Origin: Candidatus Saccharimonadota bacterium
GTDB lineage: Bacteria; Patescibacteriota; Saccharimonadia; Saccharimonadales; SZUA-47
DNA length: 64,000 bases
Reading direction: 5' to 3'
NCBI GenBank assembly: GCA_016700315.1
Contig: CP065013.1
Location: 577,449 to 641,448 of the forward strand
The translations under genes and the position numbers were made by a program. Shown here in pieces: positions 8,325-17,353 of this stretch (its first letter is position 1; each line of letters begins with the position of its first letter). A model generated the notes under the pieces. That model was not told where the DNA came from. It did not search any database and saw only the letters and a list, made by a program, of their open reading frames with translations.

Positions 8325-9889
8325 GGTGTTATGATTGGCCCTCCAATCGTAGCTCCTGCAGGTATTGTTAACGTATTGCCGCCACTGGTTATTACTAATC
8401 CCGTGTTGCCGGCAATAACACCGCTAAGATTTGCCGTACACGTAATTGATGTACCTGCAGCAGAGCCAGTGCAGCTAGCCGTATATAAATTTGAACCCTG
8501 AGATATCTTTACAGTTGTAGAGCACGATGCCGGATTGCTGCTGCATGGCAGATTTACACCAGTTAGAGTGAAGGCAAAATTATTTAGTACGCCTGAAGAC
8601 AGGGACTCTGTGGATGGTGTCATATCTGTTAGGCGAGGATAAGAAGAGTTAGTAGAAAAAATTAATCTGACTTTCTGCAAGTATTCATTGCCTCCAAAAG
8701 CAAAAGTAGTTGATGGCGGGCTTGAAGAAATGTAAGACGGTATTGTAATTGGGTTCAATACATCAGTGCCAGCGTAGGGCGCTGCTGCTAGCAAGTAGTA
8801 GGTTGTGCTACCAATCTTACAGTTTGAAGACCCATTATCTCCACATGCGAAGTAAGGTCCCGGTGCCAAGTCGGTCAATACAAAGTTACCGTTTGAGTCC
8901 GTCGTGGGTCTGTTGTCGCTCGGACTGAAATTGTCAAAATAATAACTAGTGTTGGCTGTTGAGGTATACTTTTTGTAACCGCCCTTCACATATACTTTTA
9001 AGTTATTAATCGGATTGCCAGCCGTATCGACCGCTTCAGCTAGTAAGCTGTAAGTGCCTTGAGGCAACAGTGTGAGTGTTGATGAAGAAGATTGCTGAGA
9101 AATCAACTGTAGATTAGAGTAGATTGGTTGTAAGCTACCAGACGGGGCGATTGTGCTGAGAGTAGAGTAGCCACTAAGGCTAGCGGTAATTTTGTAGTCG
9201 TAACCTGATGTATCTGGAGGTAGCCCGTAGAAAATCGCCACACCGTTACTATCTGTCGAATCATTGACGTTAATATTGGGATTAAGACTTGTGTTGGCAA
9301 CTGCTACATTCACGCCTGAAAGTGGGTTGCCGCTTGCATCAATAACCTTGATAAACATTGCACCAGTGTTGCTAGCTGTTTCGGCAACTCTTGCAGAAAT
9401 TTTTGTATCAATCTCTGCCAATACCAAGCCTTTAGCAGACTTAACTTTTACATTGGCTGTCTTATAGTCGGCGGCGTTCGTGTCGGTTGCGGGGGCCCCA
9501 GCTGGAGCGGGTTGGTTTTGGCAGTAAAGATTTTTTAAGGTCACAGTAGGGTAATAGCCGCAACCGTCAAACGCATCATCTACATAGTTGATGCTCGTAG
9601 ACGTGGTATAGGTGAAATTATTGATAGTTGTACTAAAGCTTGCGGGTAGTGGGTTTGTGGCCACGATACTGCCACCTACAACTGCCAGTGAGTTGTAGGG
9701 TAGTGACTTTAGATACTCTATCTGATTGTTCGCCAACACAGTTGCCTCGGCTTTAAGCCTGGATGTTAGGGCGGATTGCACCATGGTTGCATAAAATAAA
9801 AGAACTGATGTTGCCATAGCCGATAGGATAGCGATACTAACTAATACCTCGACAATTGAAAAACCTGCTTTAGTTTTATTTTTCCCCAT
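8321..9889 (-). CDS. Large minor pilin (prepilin N-terminus) with a carboxypeptidase-regulatory-like beta-sandwich region
   Basis: KAGFSIVEVLVSIAIL prepilin motif. The internal segment VIDASGNPLSGVNVAVAN...DSNGVAIFYGLPP resembles a CarboxypepD_reg fold. I chose the start at MGKNK because the track's upstream extension to 9934 runs into the pilA terminator. Confidence 0.7.
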   Translation of the reverse strand: MGKNKTKAGFSIVEVLVSIAILSAMATSVLLFYATMVQSALTSRLKAEATVLANNQIEYLKSLPYNSLAVVGGSIVATNPLPASFSTTINNFTYTTSTSINYVDDAFDGCGYYPTVTLKNLYCQNQPAPAGAPATDTNAADYKTANVKVKSAKGLVLAEIDTKISARVAETASNTGAMFIKVIDASGNPLSGVNVAVANTSLNPNINVNDSTDSNGVAIFYGLPPDTSGYDYKITASLSGYSTLSTIAPSGSLQPIYSNLQLISQQSSSSTLTLLPQGTYSLLAEAVDTAGNPINNLKVYVKGGYKKYTSTANTSYYFDNFSPSDNRPTTDSNGNFVLTDLAPGPYFACGDNGSSNCKIGSTTYYLLAAAPYAGTDVLNPITIPSYISSSPPSTTFAFGGNEYLQKVRLIFSTNSSYPRLTDMTPSTESLSSGVLNNFAFTLTGVNLPCSSNPASCSTTVKISQGSNLYTASCTGSAAGTSITCTANLSGVIAGNTGLVITSGGNTLTIPAGATIGGPIITP

Positions 9890-9923
9890 AATACTTATGT
9901 TTAAATTATACGCTTCAATTTCA

Positions 9924-9953
9924 CAAAAAAACACCCCTGATTTACAGAGGTGT
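9924..9953 (-). terminator. Rho-independent terminator or attenuator after pilA
   Basis: On the minus strand: ACACCTCTG-TAAAT-CAGGGGTGT followed by a T7 run, directly downstream of the pilA stop. Confidence 0.6.
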
Positions 9954-9975
9954 TTCGTGTGAAGTTTAACTATAT

Positions 9976-10500
9976 TTAGTTAAGGCTCTTCTTTAGGTAG
10001 ACGCCGCTATCACCAGTAAGTGCTGCCTCATTACCAATCCGCTTTTCAACGAAAGCCTTGAGTTCGTATTTGGAACAAGAAGTGGGTACTGCCGGAGTAC
10101 TCGGGGCGGTAGTAGCGGATGAACAGTCATAGGCGTCGTATCTATATTCGCCAGAATTGCCTGGGTTAGTCGTTGAGGCCGCTGCTCCAGTAGAGAATGA
10201 GCTAGTAATAACAACATTATCTGCATCTTGGATTGAGCCTTCGTCCATACCGGGTAACAATGTTGTTATCGATGCGATGGTTAGAGCTTCATTGGGGTAG
10301 CCACCCTTTTCGTTGTAATATTCTTCGAGCTTACCGTGAATGTTGTTGATGTCCGTTCTGCGTTGAGAGTCGCGAGCCTTGGCTTGTGCACCCTGGAAGT
10401 TATTTAGTACTAGTAGTGCAAGGATAGCAATGATAGCAATCACGATCAAAAGTTCGATGATAGTGAAGCCTTGTTTGATGACTTGTTTGGTCTTGAGCAT
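9976..10500 (-). CDS. pilA: Type IV major pilin
   Basis: 174 aa. Has the KQGFTIIELLIVIAIIAILA prepilin signature. Small size and a downstream terminator are typical of a major pilin. Confidence 0.85.
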   Translation of the reverse strand: MLKTKQVIKQGFTIIELLIVIAIIAILALLVLNNFQGAQAKARDSQRRTDINNIHGKLEEYYNEKGGYPNEALTIASITTLLPGMDEGSIQDADNVVITSSFSTGAAASTTNPGNSGEYRYDAYDCSSATTAPSTPAVPTSCSKYELKAFVEKRIGNEAALTGDSGVYLKKSLN

Positions 10501-10596
10501 TGGAGCCCACCTCCGTTTTTTACTTATTTAATATCTACAAATCTAACTATATCAAAAAGCTTACGCTTTGCAATAGCTTTTTTGCCTGGACGCGAT

Positions 10597-11808
10597 CTAG
10601 ATCTGATTGCTTAGATTGCTGATTGGTCCGATAACAGATGCTGCAATAAGCCCCACCATCGCACCCATTACCACAATCATCACAGGCTCAAGTATTGAAC
10701 TCAGTCCATCTACGGCGGCGTCTACCTCTTCCTCGTAGAAGTCGGCGACTTTCAGCAGGACTGTATCGGTCTGACCAGTTTCTTCTCCAATCGACAGCAT
10801 TTGCGCCACAATTGGTGGAAAGATTTTGCTATTGGAAAGTGGCTCACTGAACTGTTTACCATTGGCGACTTCTTTGGCAGCCGCCGCCAGCTCATCTTCT
10901 AGTACACTGTTGCCTATGGCCTTAGAGGTAATGTCGATGGCGTCCAATACGCTGACACCAGCGCTCATGAGGCTTGCGAAAATTCGCGAGAATCTCGCAA
11001 CCGCTATCTTGATAATTATTGTCTTGATTGCTGGTGTCTTGAGTAGTATTTGGTCTCTTTTGCGTCTGCCATCTGGTGTTTTTAGGAATCTTCTTAAAAG
11101 GTATACACCGACGACAACTACCGTAATGTGTATATACCAAAATTTGGTCAAAAAGTTACTAATATCGAGCATAATTTTTGTCATTGTCGGCAGCTCGCCA
11201 CCGTTGGTAAGGTCTTTAATGATTTTGCCAATTTTTGGGACTGCTACAGTCATAAGACCGATAAAAACAGCAGTTGTAATTCCAATTAATACCGTAGGGT
11301 AGGTCATGGCACTTTTGAATTTAGTCTTTATACGTTCATCTTTTTCCTGCTGCGTAGCAAGTTTTTTCAAGATTTCATCCAAAATCCCTCCAGCTTCACC
11401 AGCTGCAACCATATTTATGTATACAGGTGAAAATACGCTTGGGTGTTTGGCTAAAGAATCTGCAAAATTAGTCCCGCTCTCAACATCTTTGCTTACCTCA
11501 GAGATGTGAGTTTTGAAAATTTCACTCTCTGTCTGATTCTGCAAAGTAGCAAGGCTTCTGACCAGAGGTACGCCGGCATTTATCATTGTTGCTAATTGTC
11601 TAGTAAAAACGGTAATGTCTTTGGACTTAACTTTTTTCTTTGTTAGTGAACTCAAAAAGTTGTTGCCGCCGCCTGCTTTTTTGATCGATACTGGTCTGAG
11701 TCCTTGTTTTGCTAGTAGCGCGCCGAGTGCGGCTTCACTAGCAGAATCGGCGGTGCCTTGGCGTTGTTTGCCGTTTTTGTCAACAGCGTTATACGTAAAT
11801 TTTGGCAT
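10597..11808 (-). CDS. pilC: Type IV pilus platform protein PilC (GspF family)
   Basis: 403 aa. Two GspF-type repeats with three TM segments. Adjacent to pilB. Confidence 0.9.
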   Translation of the reverse strand: MPKFTYNAVDKNGKQRQGTADSASEAALGALLAKQGLRPVSIKKAGGGNNFLSSLTKKKVKSKDITVFTRQLATMINAGVPLVRSLATLQNQTESEIFKTHISEVSKDVESGTNFADSLAKHPSVFSPVYINMVAAGEAGGILDEILKKLATQQEKDERIKTKFKSAMTYPTVLIGITTAVFIGLMTVAVPKIGKIIKDLTNGGELPTMTKIMLDISNFLTKFWYIHITVVVVGVYLLRRFLKTPDGRRKRDQILLKTPAIKTIIIKIAVARFSRIFASLMSAGVSVLDAIDITSKAIGNSVLEDELAAAAKEVANGKQFSEPLSNSKIFPPIVAQMLSIGEETGQTDTVLLKVADFYEEEVDAAVDGLSSILEPVMIVVMGAMVGLIAASVIGPISNLSNQI

Positions 11809-11809
11809 T

Positions 11810-13582
11810 TTATTCCCTCGTTACTCTCAAAATTTCCTCAATGCTTGTCATTCCAAGTAAAGCCTTAATCAGGCCGTCTAACTGCATTGTCAGCATGCCT
11901 TCTTTAATCGCTTGGTTCTGGATTTCTTCGCTTGTTGCTGCGCCTACAATCATTTTTTGAACATCAGTCGTGTTTTTCAGTACTTCATAAATGCCCATTC
12001 TGCCCTTGTAGCCGGTGTGGTCTTGAGGTAAATTGGTTTTGGGGCGGTATAGCTGTATCTTGGTTGTTTTTGGCTTGCCGAAAGTTTCTTGAGCCGACTG
12101 CATTAGTTTAACGATGTTTTCCCAGTCCTGCTTCGACTTTAGCCCGAAGACTCGCTCGATCTCTTTTATCTCAGACTGGCTAGGTTCGTAAGCTTCACAG
12201 TCATCGGCAACCAATCGACGGACCAAGCGTTGCCCTATCACAACCCGAACAACACTGGCGATCAAAAACGGTTCAATGCCCATATCAAGAAGACGTGGCA
12301 GACAAGTTGCGGCATTGTTAGTGTGAAGTGTGCTGAAAACTAAGTGACCGGTTAGGGCTGCCTGTACGCCTAGGCCCGCTGTTTCTCCATCACGAATCTC
12401 ACCAACCATGATTATATTTGGGTCTTGACGTAGTAGGGCCCTGAGACCGGCAGCAAAGGTCATGCCTGCGACAGGGTTAACCTGAGTTTGGTTCACTCCT
12501 TCAAGCTTGTACTCTACCGGGTCCTCAATTGTGGAGATGTTAACATCCGGTTTGTTGAGGATGTGAAGCACGCTGTGCAAAGTGGTCGATTTGCCTGAGC
12601 CCGTTGGTCCGGTAACCAGTATCATGCCGTGTGGCTGACGGCTGGCGTCTTGAATGTCGGCCAGTGCTTTGCCCCAAAAGCCAAGTTTCTCGAGCGACAG
12701 CGGCTCGCTGGATTCGTCCAAGATACGCATAACAACTTTCTCGCCTTCGGCAATTGGTAGGGTGCTGACGCGGAAGGCAAAAATTCTGCCGTTCATATTT
12801 ATCTTGAAGCGTCCGTCTTGCGGTGCGCGGCGTTCATCGATTTTGAGGTTGGCCAATATTTTGACACGGCTGACCAGAGCGCTCATTGTGCGCTTCGGCA
12901 ATCGATTGGCTTCTCGCAGTACGCCGTCGATACGGTAACGGATTTGCAGATGCTTGTCACGAGGCTCAATGTGTATATCACTGGCGCCGGCTTTGACGGC
13001 ATACTCGATGATAAGGTTTACGGTCTGTGCGATCGGCGAGTCTTCTGCAACATCTTCGGCTTTGACACCTTCGTCGTCTTCGTCATCATCAGCGCTTGCT
13101 CCGGCGTCTGTCATAACTTTGCTGATTTCGCTACCGATATTGCCCCGATACTGGTCGAGAGCGGACAGAATGTTGTTGTGAGTAGCCATGTATATTTCGA
13201 TGTTTTGGCCAAAGACTTTGTGCAAAATGTCGATTGCTTGGAGATCATCGGGGTCTTCCATCGCCACTTTGCGAGGTGAATCTTTAACGTCTAGGCTACC
13301 CTCGAAAACGACCATGTTGTAAAGTTTGGCGATGTTCTCAGGAATCTGCCGGATAACTTCTCGGCTTAATTCTTTGACGTTAATATCGACAAAGGGCACG
13401 CCAATTTCCTCGGCATAAATTTTGGTAAGCTCTGAGTCGCTTACTAAGTTTTTCTGTACTACCAGCAGTTGAAGTGGTAGCTTTTCGGCTAAGGCTTCCT
13501 CTTCAAGGGCCGCGAAATCTTCGGTTTTGATCTTACCAGCTTTGGTTAGAAGCTGTTTTACGGTTGCATCACTGATTCTCAT
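11810..13582 (-). CDS. pilB: Type IV pilus assembly ATPase PilB (GspE family)
   Basis: 590 aa. Walker A motif GPTGSGKST, Asp and His boxes, and an N-terminal MshEN/GspE_N-like domain. Confidence 0.92.
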   Translation of the reverse strand: MRISDATVKQLLTKAGKIKTEDFAALEEEALAEKLPLQLLVVQKNLVSDSELTKIYAEEIGVPFVDINVKELSREVIRQIPENIAKLYNMVVFEGSLDVKDSPRKVAMEDPDDLQAIDILHKVFGQNIEIYMATHNNILSALDQYRGNIGSEISKVMTDAGASADDDEDDEGVKAEDVAEDSPIAQTVNLIIEYAVKAGASDIHIEPRDKHLQIRYRIDGVLREANRLPKRTMSALVSRVKILANLKIDERRAPQDGRFKINMNGRIFAFRVSTLPIAEGEKVVMRILDESSEPLSLEKLGFWGKALADIQDASRQPHGMILVTGPTGSGKSTTLHSVLHILNKPDVNISTIEDPVEYKLEGVNQTQVNPVAGMTFAAGLRALLRQDPNIIMVGEIRDGETAGLGVQAALTGHLVFSTLHTNNAATCLPRLLDMGIEPFLIASVVRVVIGQRLVRRLVADDCEAYEPSQSEIKEIERVFGLKSKQDWENIVKLMQSAQETFGKPKTTKIQLYRPKTNLPQDHTGYKGRMGIYEVLKNTTDVQKMIVGAATSEEIQNQAIKEGMLTMQLDGLIKALLGMTSIEEILRVTRE

Positions 13583-13755
13583 GACTTGTTGGTTTTAGTC
13601 CCACCGCTTATGTTTATCTGCGATTAATAATATCATTTTTTCTGCAAATTCGCGCCTTTTTGTATTGGATTTTGCAGTATTTAATGTGCTCATGCTTGTA
13701 GTGCTAGAGCTGGTTGCTATACTGAGATTAAGTAATTTAAAGAGGGAAGTAAATT

Positions 13756-14778
13756 ATGGCTGAAAAGGCTAAAAAAACTATGGGTGATACATCAGAAGAG
13801 GGTGGCAAGATCAAGGCATTAGGGCTGGCGATTGATCAGATCGAGAAGTCATTTGGCAAAGGTGCAATTATGAAGCTTGATGGCAGCACCCACGTCAATG
13901 TTGAAACAGTCCCAACTGGTGCGTTGTCTTTGGATTTGGCACTTGGGGGAGGCATACCGAAGGGTCGAATCATCGAAATTTACGGGCCGGAGTCCAGCGG
14001 TAAAACTACACTCACACTCCATGCTGTGGCTGAGTTTCAGAAACGCGGTGGTGTTGCGGCTTTTGTCGATGCTGAGCATGCCCTTGATCCACAATATGCT
14101 GGCCGACTCGGCGTCAATTTGGAGCAGCTACTGGTAAGTCAGCCCGATAGCGGTGAACAGGCTCTTGAGATTGTTGAGACGCTGGTACGCTCGAATGCGG
14201 TTGACTTGATCGTGGTTGACTCTGTTGCAGCTCTTGTTCCGCAAGCTGAAATCGAAGGAGACATGGGCGACAGCCACATGGGTCTTCAGGCTCGTTTGAT
14301 GAGCCAGGCTCTGCGCAAGCTGACGGCGATTATTAGCAAAAGCAAATGCACAGTTATTTTCATCAACCAGCTGCGTATGAAGATTGGGGTGATGTTTGGT
14401 AACCCAGAGACTACCACAGGCGGAAATGCTCTCAAGTTCTATGCCTCGGTTCGTCTAGATATTCGCAGAATCTCACAGATCAAGACGGCAGAATCCGTCA
14501 TCGGTAACCGAGTACGCGTTAAGGTAGTCAAAAACAAGATCGCACCGCCATTCCGTGAAGCCGAGTTCGACATTATGTATAACGAAGGTATTAGTACTGC
14601 CGGCGATGTATTAGACCTAGCAACAGCAGCCGAAATCGTCGAAAAAAGCGGTGCTTGGTTTGCTTATAATGGTGAAAAAATTGGTCAAGGCCGCGAAGCG
14701 GCCAAGCAATACCTCAAAGAAAATCCAAAAGTCCTCGCCGAACTAGACAAAAAAGTCCGCGAAAAGCATACAGCATAG
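13756..14778 (+). CDS. recA: Recombinase RecA
   Basis: 340 aa. GPESSGKTT Walker A motif, with L1 and L2 regions conserved. AGAGGGA Shine-Dalgarno upstream. Confidence 0.98.
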   Translation: MAEKAKKTMGDTSEEGGKIKALGLAIDQIEKSFGKGAIMKLDGSTHVNVETVPTGALSLDLALGGGIPKGRIIEIYGPESSGKTTLTLHAVAEFQKRGGVAAFVDAEHALDPQYAGRLGVNLEQLLVSQPDSGEQALEIVETLVRSNAVDLIVVDSVAALVPQAEIEGDMGDSHMGLQARLMSQALRKLTAIISKSKCTVIFINQLRMKIGVMFGNPETTTGGNALKFYASVRLDIRRISQIKTAESVIGNRVRVKVVKNKIAPPFREAEFDIMYNEGISTAGDVLDLATAAEIVEKSGAWFAYNGEKIGQGREAAKQYLKENPKVLAELDKKVREKHTA

Positions 14779-14783
14779 CCAAA

Positions 14784-15224
14784 ATGAGAGCAGTAAATCA
14801 TGGGCTAACCGGCGCGGCAATAGCCGTTGTTGCTAGACAGCCAGCTCTAGCAATCCCGCTGGCGTTTGCTAGCCACTTCTTATGCGATGCCATCCCCCAT
14901 TCAGGCACCGGTGATTTGTCAGTTCGTGATCCGAAGTTTCTCAAAATTCTTTATTTAGATATGGCATTAGCAGTGGTTACTACTCTCATTGTAGCTGCTA
15001 TTTGGAAACAGTACTGGTGGTCGGTGATTTCTTGTGCTTTTTTAGCAGCCAGCCCAGATTTAATGTGGTTATATTACAGATATTTACACACTGACAAAAC
15101 TCATGGGGTTCTAGCTAGCTTTCATAAAAAAATCCAATGGTCAGAAACTTTCAGAGGCTATTATTTAGAAGCGGTGTGGTTTGTAGTATTTTTTGGTGGT
15201 TTAGTTTATTTTGGTATTAGATGA
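14784..15224 (+). CDS. Small multi-TM membrane protein, paralog 1 (conserved SHFxxDxxPH motif; possible metal site)
   Basis: 146 aa. N-terminus NHGLTG...ASHFLCDAIPHSG. Paralogous to the next gene. Confidence 0.6.
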   Translation: MRAVNHGLTGAAIAVVARQPALAIPLAFASHFLCDAIPHSGTGDLSVRDPKFLKILYLDMALAVVTTLIVAAIWKQYWWSVISCAFLAASPDLMWLYYRYLHTDKTHGVLASFHKKIQWSETFRGYYLEAVWFVVFFGGLVYFGIR

Positions 15225-15658
15225 CAGGTTTAAACCACTCTTTAACAGGCAGCCTCATAAGTGTATTTTTGCCTGTGTCTGTAGCAGTTCCAGCAGCGTT
15301 TGTTAGCCACTTCGTTCTTGACTCATTGCCTCACTTTGGTGAAATTTTTGAAAAACGAAAACGGCTTTCAAAAACCGTTTGGACCATAGACATCACTCTG
15401 AGTGTAGTTTTTAATCTGTTTTTGCTAGTCAATAATCATTGGCTCATCTTGCTATGTTCATTAGTTGCGATGTCGCCGGATTACGCCTGGGTTTATAGAT
15501 TCACAGTTCAGGAGAAGTTTGGCAAAATGCCGCCTAAGCCCGAAAATAAATTTAATCGATTCCATGTCTCAATTCAAAAATTTGAAAGACGTTGGGGATT
15601 GATAATTGAGGTTATTTGGTCTGTGACCGCGTACATTTTATTAAGAAAATACCTATGA
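15221..15658 (+). CDS. Small multi-TM membrane protein, paralog 2
   Basis: 145 aa. N-terminus NHSLTG...VSHFVLDSLPHFG. Overlaps the neighbouring genes by 4 nt on both sides. Confidence 0.6.
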   Translation: MTGLNHSLTGSLISVFLPVSVAVPAAFVSHFVLDSLPHFGEIFEKRKRLSKTVWTIDITLSVVFNLFLLVNNHWLILLCSLVAMSPDYAWVYRFTVQEKFGKMPPKPENKFNRFHVSIQKFERRWGLIIEVIWSVTAYILLRKYL

Positions 15659-16254
15659 TAGTTACCAGTCTCAAAGAACAAGTTAAGAACAAGGATAGGG
15701 TTAGCGTTTTTGTTGATTCTAAGTACAGCTTTTCATTGACAATATCAGAACTACTCGACACTAAGCTGAAGGTAGGGCAGGAGATAGATGAAGTAAAACT
15801 TAAAAGTCTCAAAAAACTTAGCGACGATGGAAAGCTGCGCATGAGAGTGCTTGAGTGGCTGACAATTCGGCCGCATTCGGAGCGCGAGCTAAGAGATTAT
15901 TTATACCGCAAAAAGGTCGAAAAAGAACAGATTGAGCAGCTAGTTGAATATGTCCAAGCCAAGGGTTATCAAAATGACGAGTATTTTGGGAAGTGGTTTG
16001 CCGAAGGTCGCTTGCGCAAAAATAAATCATGGCGAGCTGTTCAGGCTGAGCTAAAGGCTAAGGGCATTTCCCTGGTAACTATACAAAGTATAGCAAGTGA
16101 GCTTAATTCGGCTAAAAACGACTCTGAAGCGCTTCAGAAACTGATTGACAAAATGTCAAATAAGTCTCGTTACCAAAATAAGCAAAAATTAATTCAGTAT
16201 TTAATTTCTAAAGGCTTTAGCTACACAGATATAAAGGATAACCTGAATAGTTAA
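15655..16254 (+). CDS. recX: RecA regulator RecX
   Basis: About 199 aa from ATG 15655 (ATGA overlap with the upstream stop). Has the three-helix repeat architecture typical of RecX. The track ORF begins earlier, at 15616. Confidence 0.75.
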   Translation: MIVTSLKEQVKNKDRVSVFVDSKYSFSLTISELLDTKLKVGQEIDEVKLKSLKKLSDDGKLRMRVLEWLTIRPHSERELRDYLYRKKVEKEQIEQLVEYVQAKGYQNDEYFGKWFAEGRLRKNKSWRAVQAELKAKGISLVTIQSIASELNSAKNDSEALQKLIDKMSNKSRYQNKQKLIQYLISKGFSYTDIKDNLNS

Positions 16255-16258
16255 TAGC

Positions 16259-16564
16259 TTATTCGTATTCTAGGGGCGTAATTGAACGGTGCCATACTTC
16301 AAAAGCATCACCGTGAGCCCAGAGCCTTGTCAGTACCGAACCAAATTTTTTAAGATCTTTATGGCTGGGTCGCTGATAGGCCCTCTCAAACGCTAACTGA
16401 ATAAAATCACCGACAGTTTGTCTGTGCCCACCGTAGGCGCGCTCTAGGTCTTCACAAAAATCAGCGAAACCTACTGCTTCTTGTACAGTTTCTGGCAGCG
16501 TATCGTCTGCATTGTTTTGTTGACAGAACCTAACAAACTCACCGATATCTTTTTTTAGCTTCAT
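16259..16564 (-). CDS. Hypothetical protein
   Basis: 101-aa ORF with no recognisable motif. Confidence 0.45.
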   Translation of the reverse strand: MKLKKDIGEFVRFCQQNNADDTLPETVQEAVGFADFCEDLERAYGGHRQTVGDFIQLAFERAYQRPSHKDLKKFGSVLTRLWAHGDAFEVWHRSITPLEYE

Positions 16565-16636
16565 TATAACTCCTCGGGGTTTATTATCGTCTTGTTACAA
16601 ACATTTTGCAAGCGTAAGCAATTTATTGTATGGAAA

Positions 16637-17158
16637 CTAAATACTAGCTCGGGCTGGTATGCCAGCGCCTACTTTGTCTAGGGTGTCGCGGACGGTAATT
16701 TGGCGGTCAGTAATGTTTAAGATCTGGCTGCGGCCAATAACTTTGTCACTGGCTGCAAAACCTTTAATACCTCTCGGGGTGACGTAAAGTTTTTGGATCA
16801 TCATGCTGTCTTTGTCAAAGCTAAAGTCACTAACCTTGCCTAGAACCTGCCTTGACTCTGTCACGACGTTTTTCTTGAGGAGTTGAAAATTGATTTTTAA
16901 GGTCTTTTGCATCCGTACAAGATCTTCGGCTGGCGTCATGGCGGTGTGGTCATTGACGGCCAAGCCAAGCTGGCTGAACTCTCGTACTTGGCTTTCTGGA
17001 AGGACCAACTCCTCGCCGCTAAATCGGTCGACAGCATACCAACCCTCAATTTTGAGGTTATTGGGGTTAATAATTGGTGCCCTCGCGGTGCCGACTACCT
17101 GGCCGTTTCTAAGCGAGAGAATCTCACGCCTGAACAATAATTGCGATAAAAACAGCAT
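16637..17158 (-). CDS. PRC-barrel-like domain protein
   Basis: Two repeats of the PRC-barrel style (LRNGQVVGT...IEGWYAV and VLGKVSDFSFD...IQKLYV). I chose the start at MLFLSQ; the track ORF extends to 17314. Confidence 0.5.
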   Translation of the reverse strand: MLFLSQLLFRREILSLRNGQVVGTARAPIINPNNLKIEGWYAVDRFSGEELVLPESQVREFSQLGLAVNDHTAMTPAEDLVRMQKTLKINFQLLKKNVVTESRQVLGKVSDFSFDKDSMMIQKLYVTPRGIKGFAASDKVIGRSQILNITDRQITVRDTLDKVGAGIPARASI

Positions 17159-17210
17159 AACCTCATTATACAAGCTCACCAACCCGCCCACCATCATCAA
17201 GTTCAATGAC

Positions 17211-17242
17211 GACATAAAAACCACTATCGTGGTTTTTATGTC
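17211..17242. promoter_or_regulatory. Perfect 14-bp-stem hairpin in a divergent intergenic region
   Basis: GACATAAAAACCAC-TATC-GTGGTTTTTATGTC read directly. Function unknown. Confidence 0.3.
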
Positions 17243-17353
17243 GTATTTAAGATGTGAAATTGAGGTATGAGCATTGTGATTATGGTTAAAAATGTATAGT
17301 TGTGCAAAAAACAATTTTATAATTTACTCTTTAAGAATATATTTTAACTTAGG

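Noticed and set aside
12654-13279. Plus-strand ORFs inside pilB (12654..12938, 12818..13279, 12954..13181). Similar ORFs lie inside pilC and the PilX-like gene.
   Set aside because: They are antisense to strongly supported pilus genes and have no motifs.
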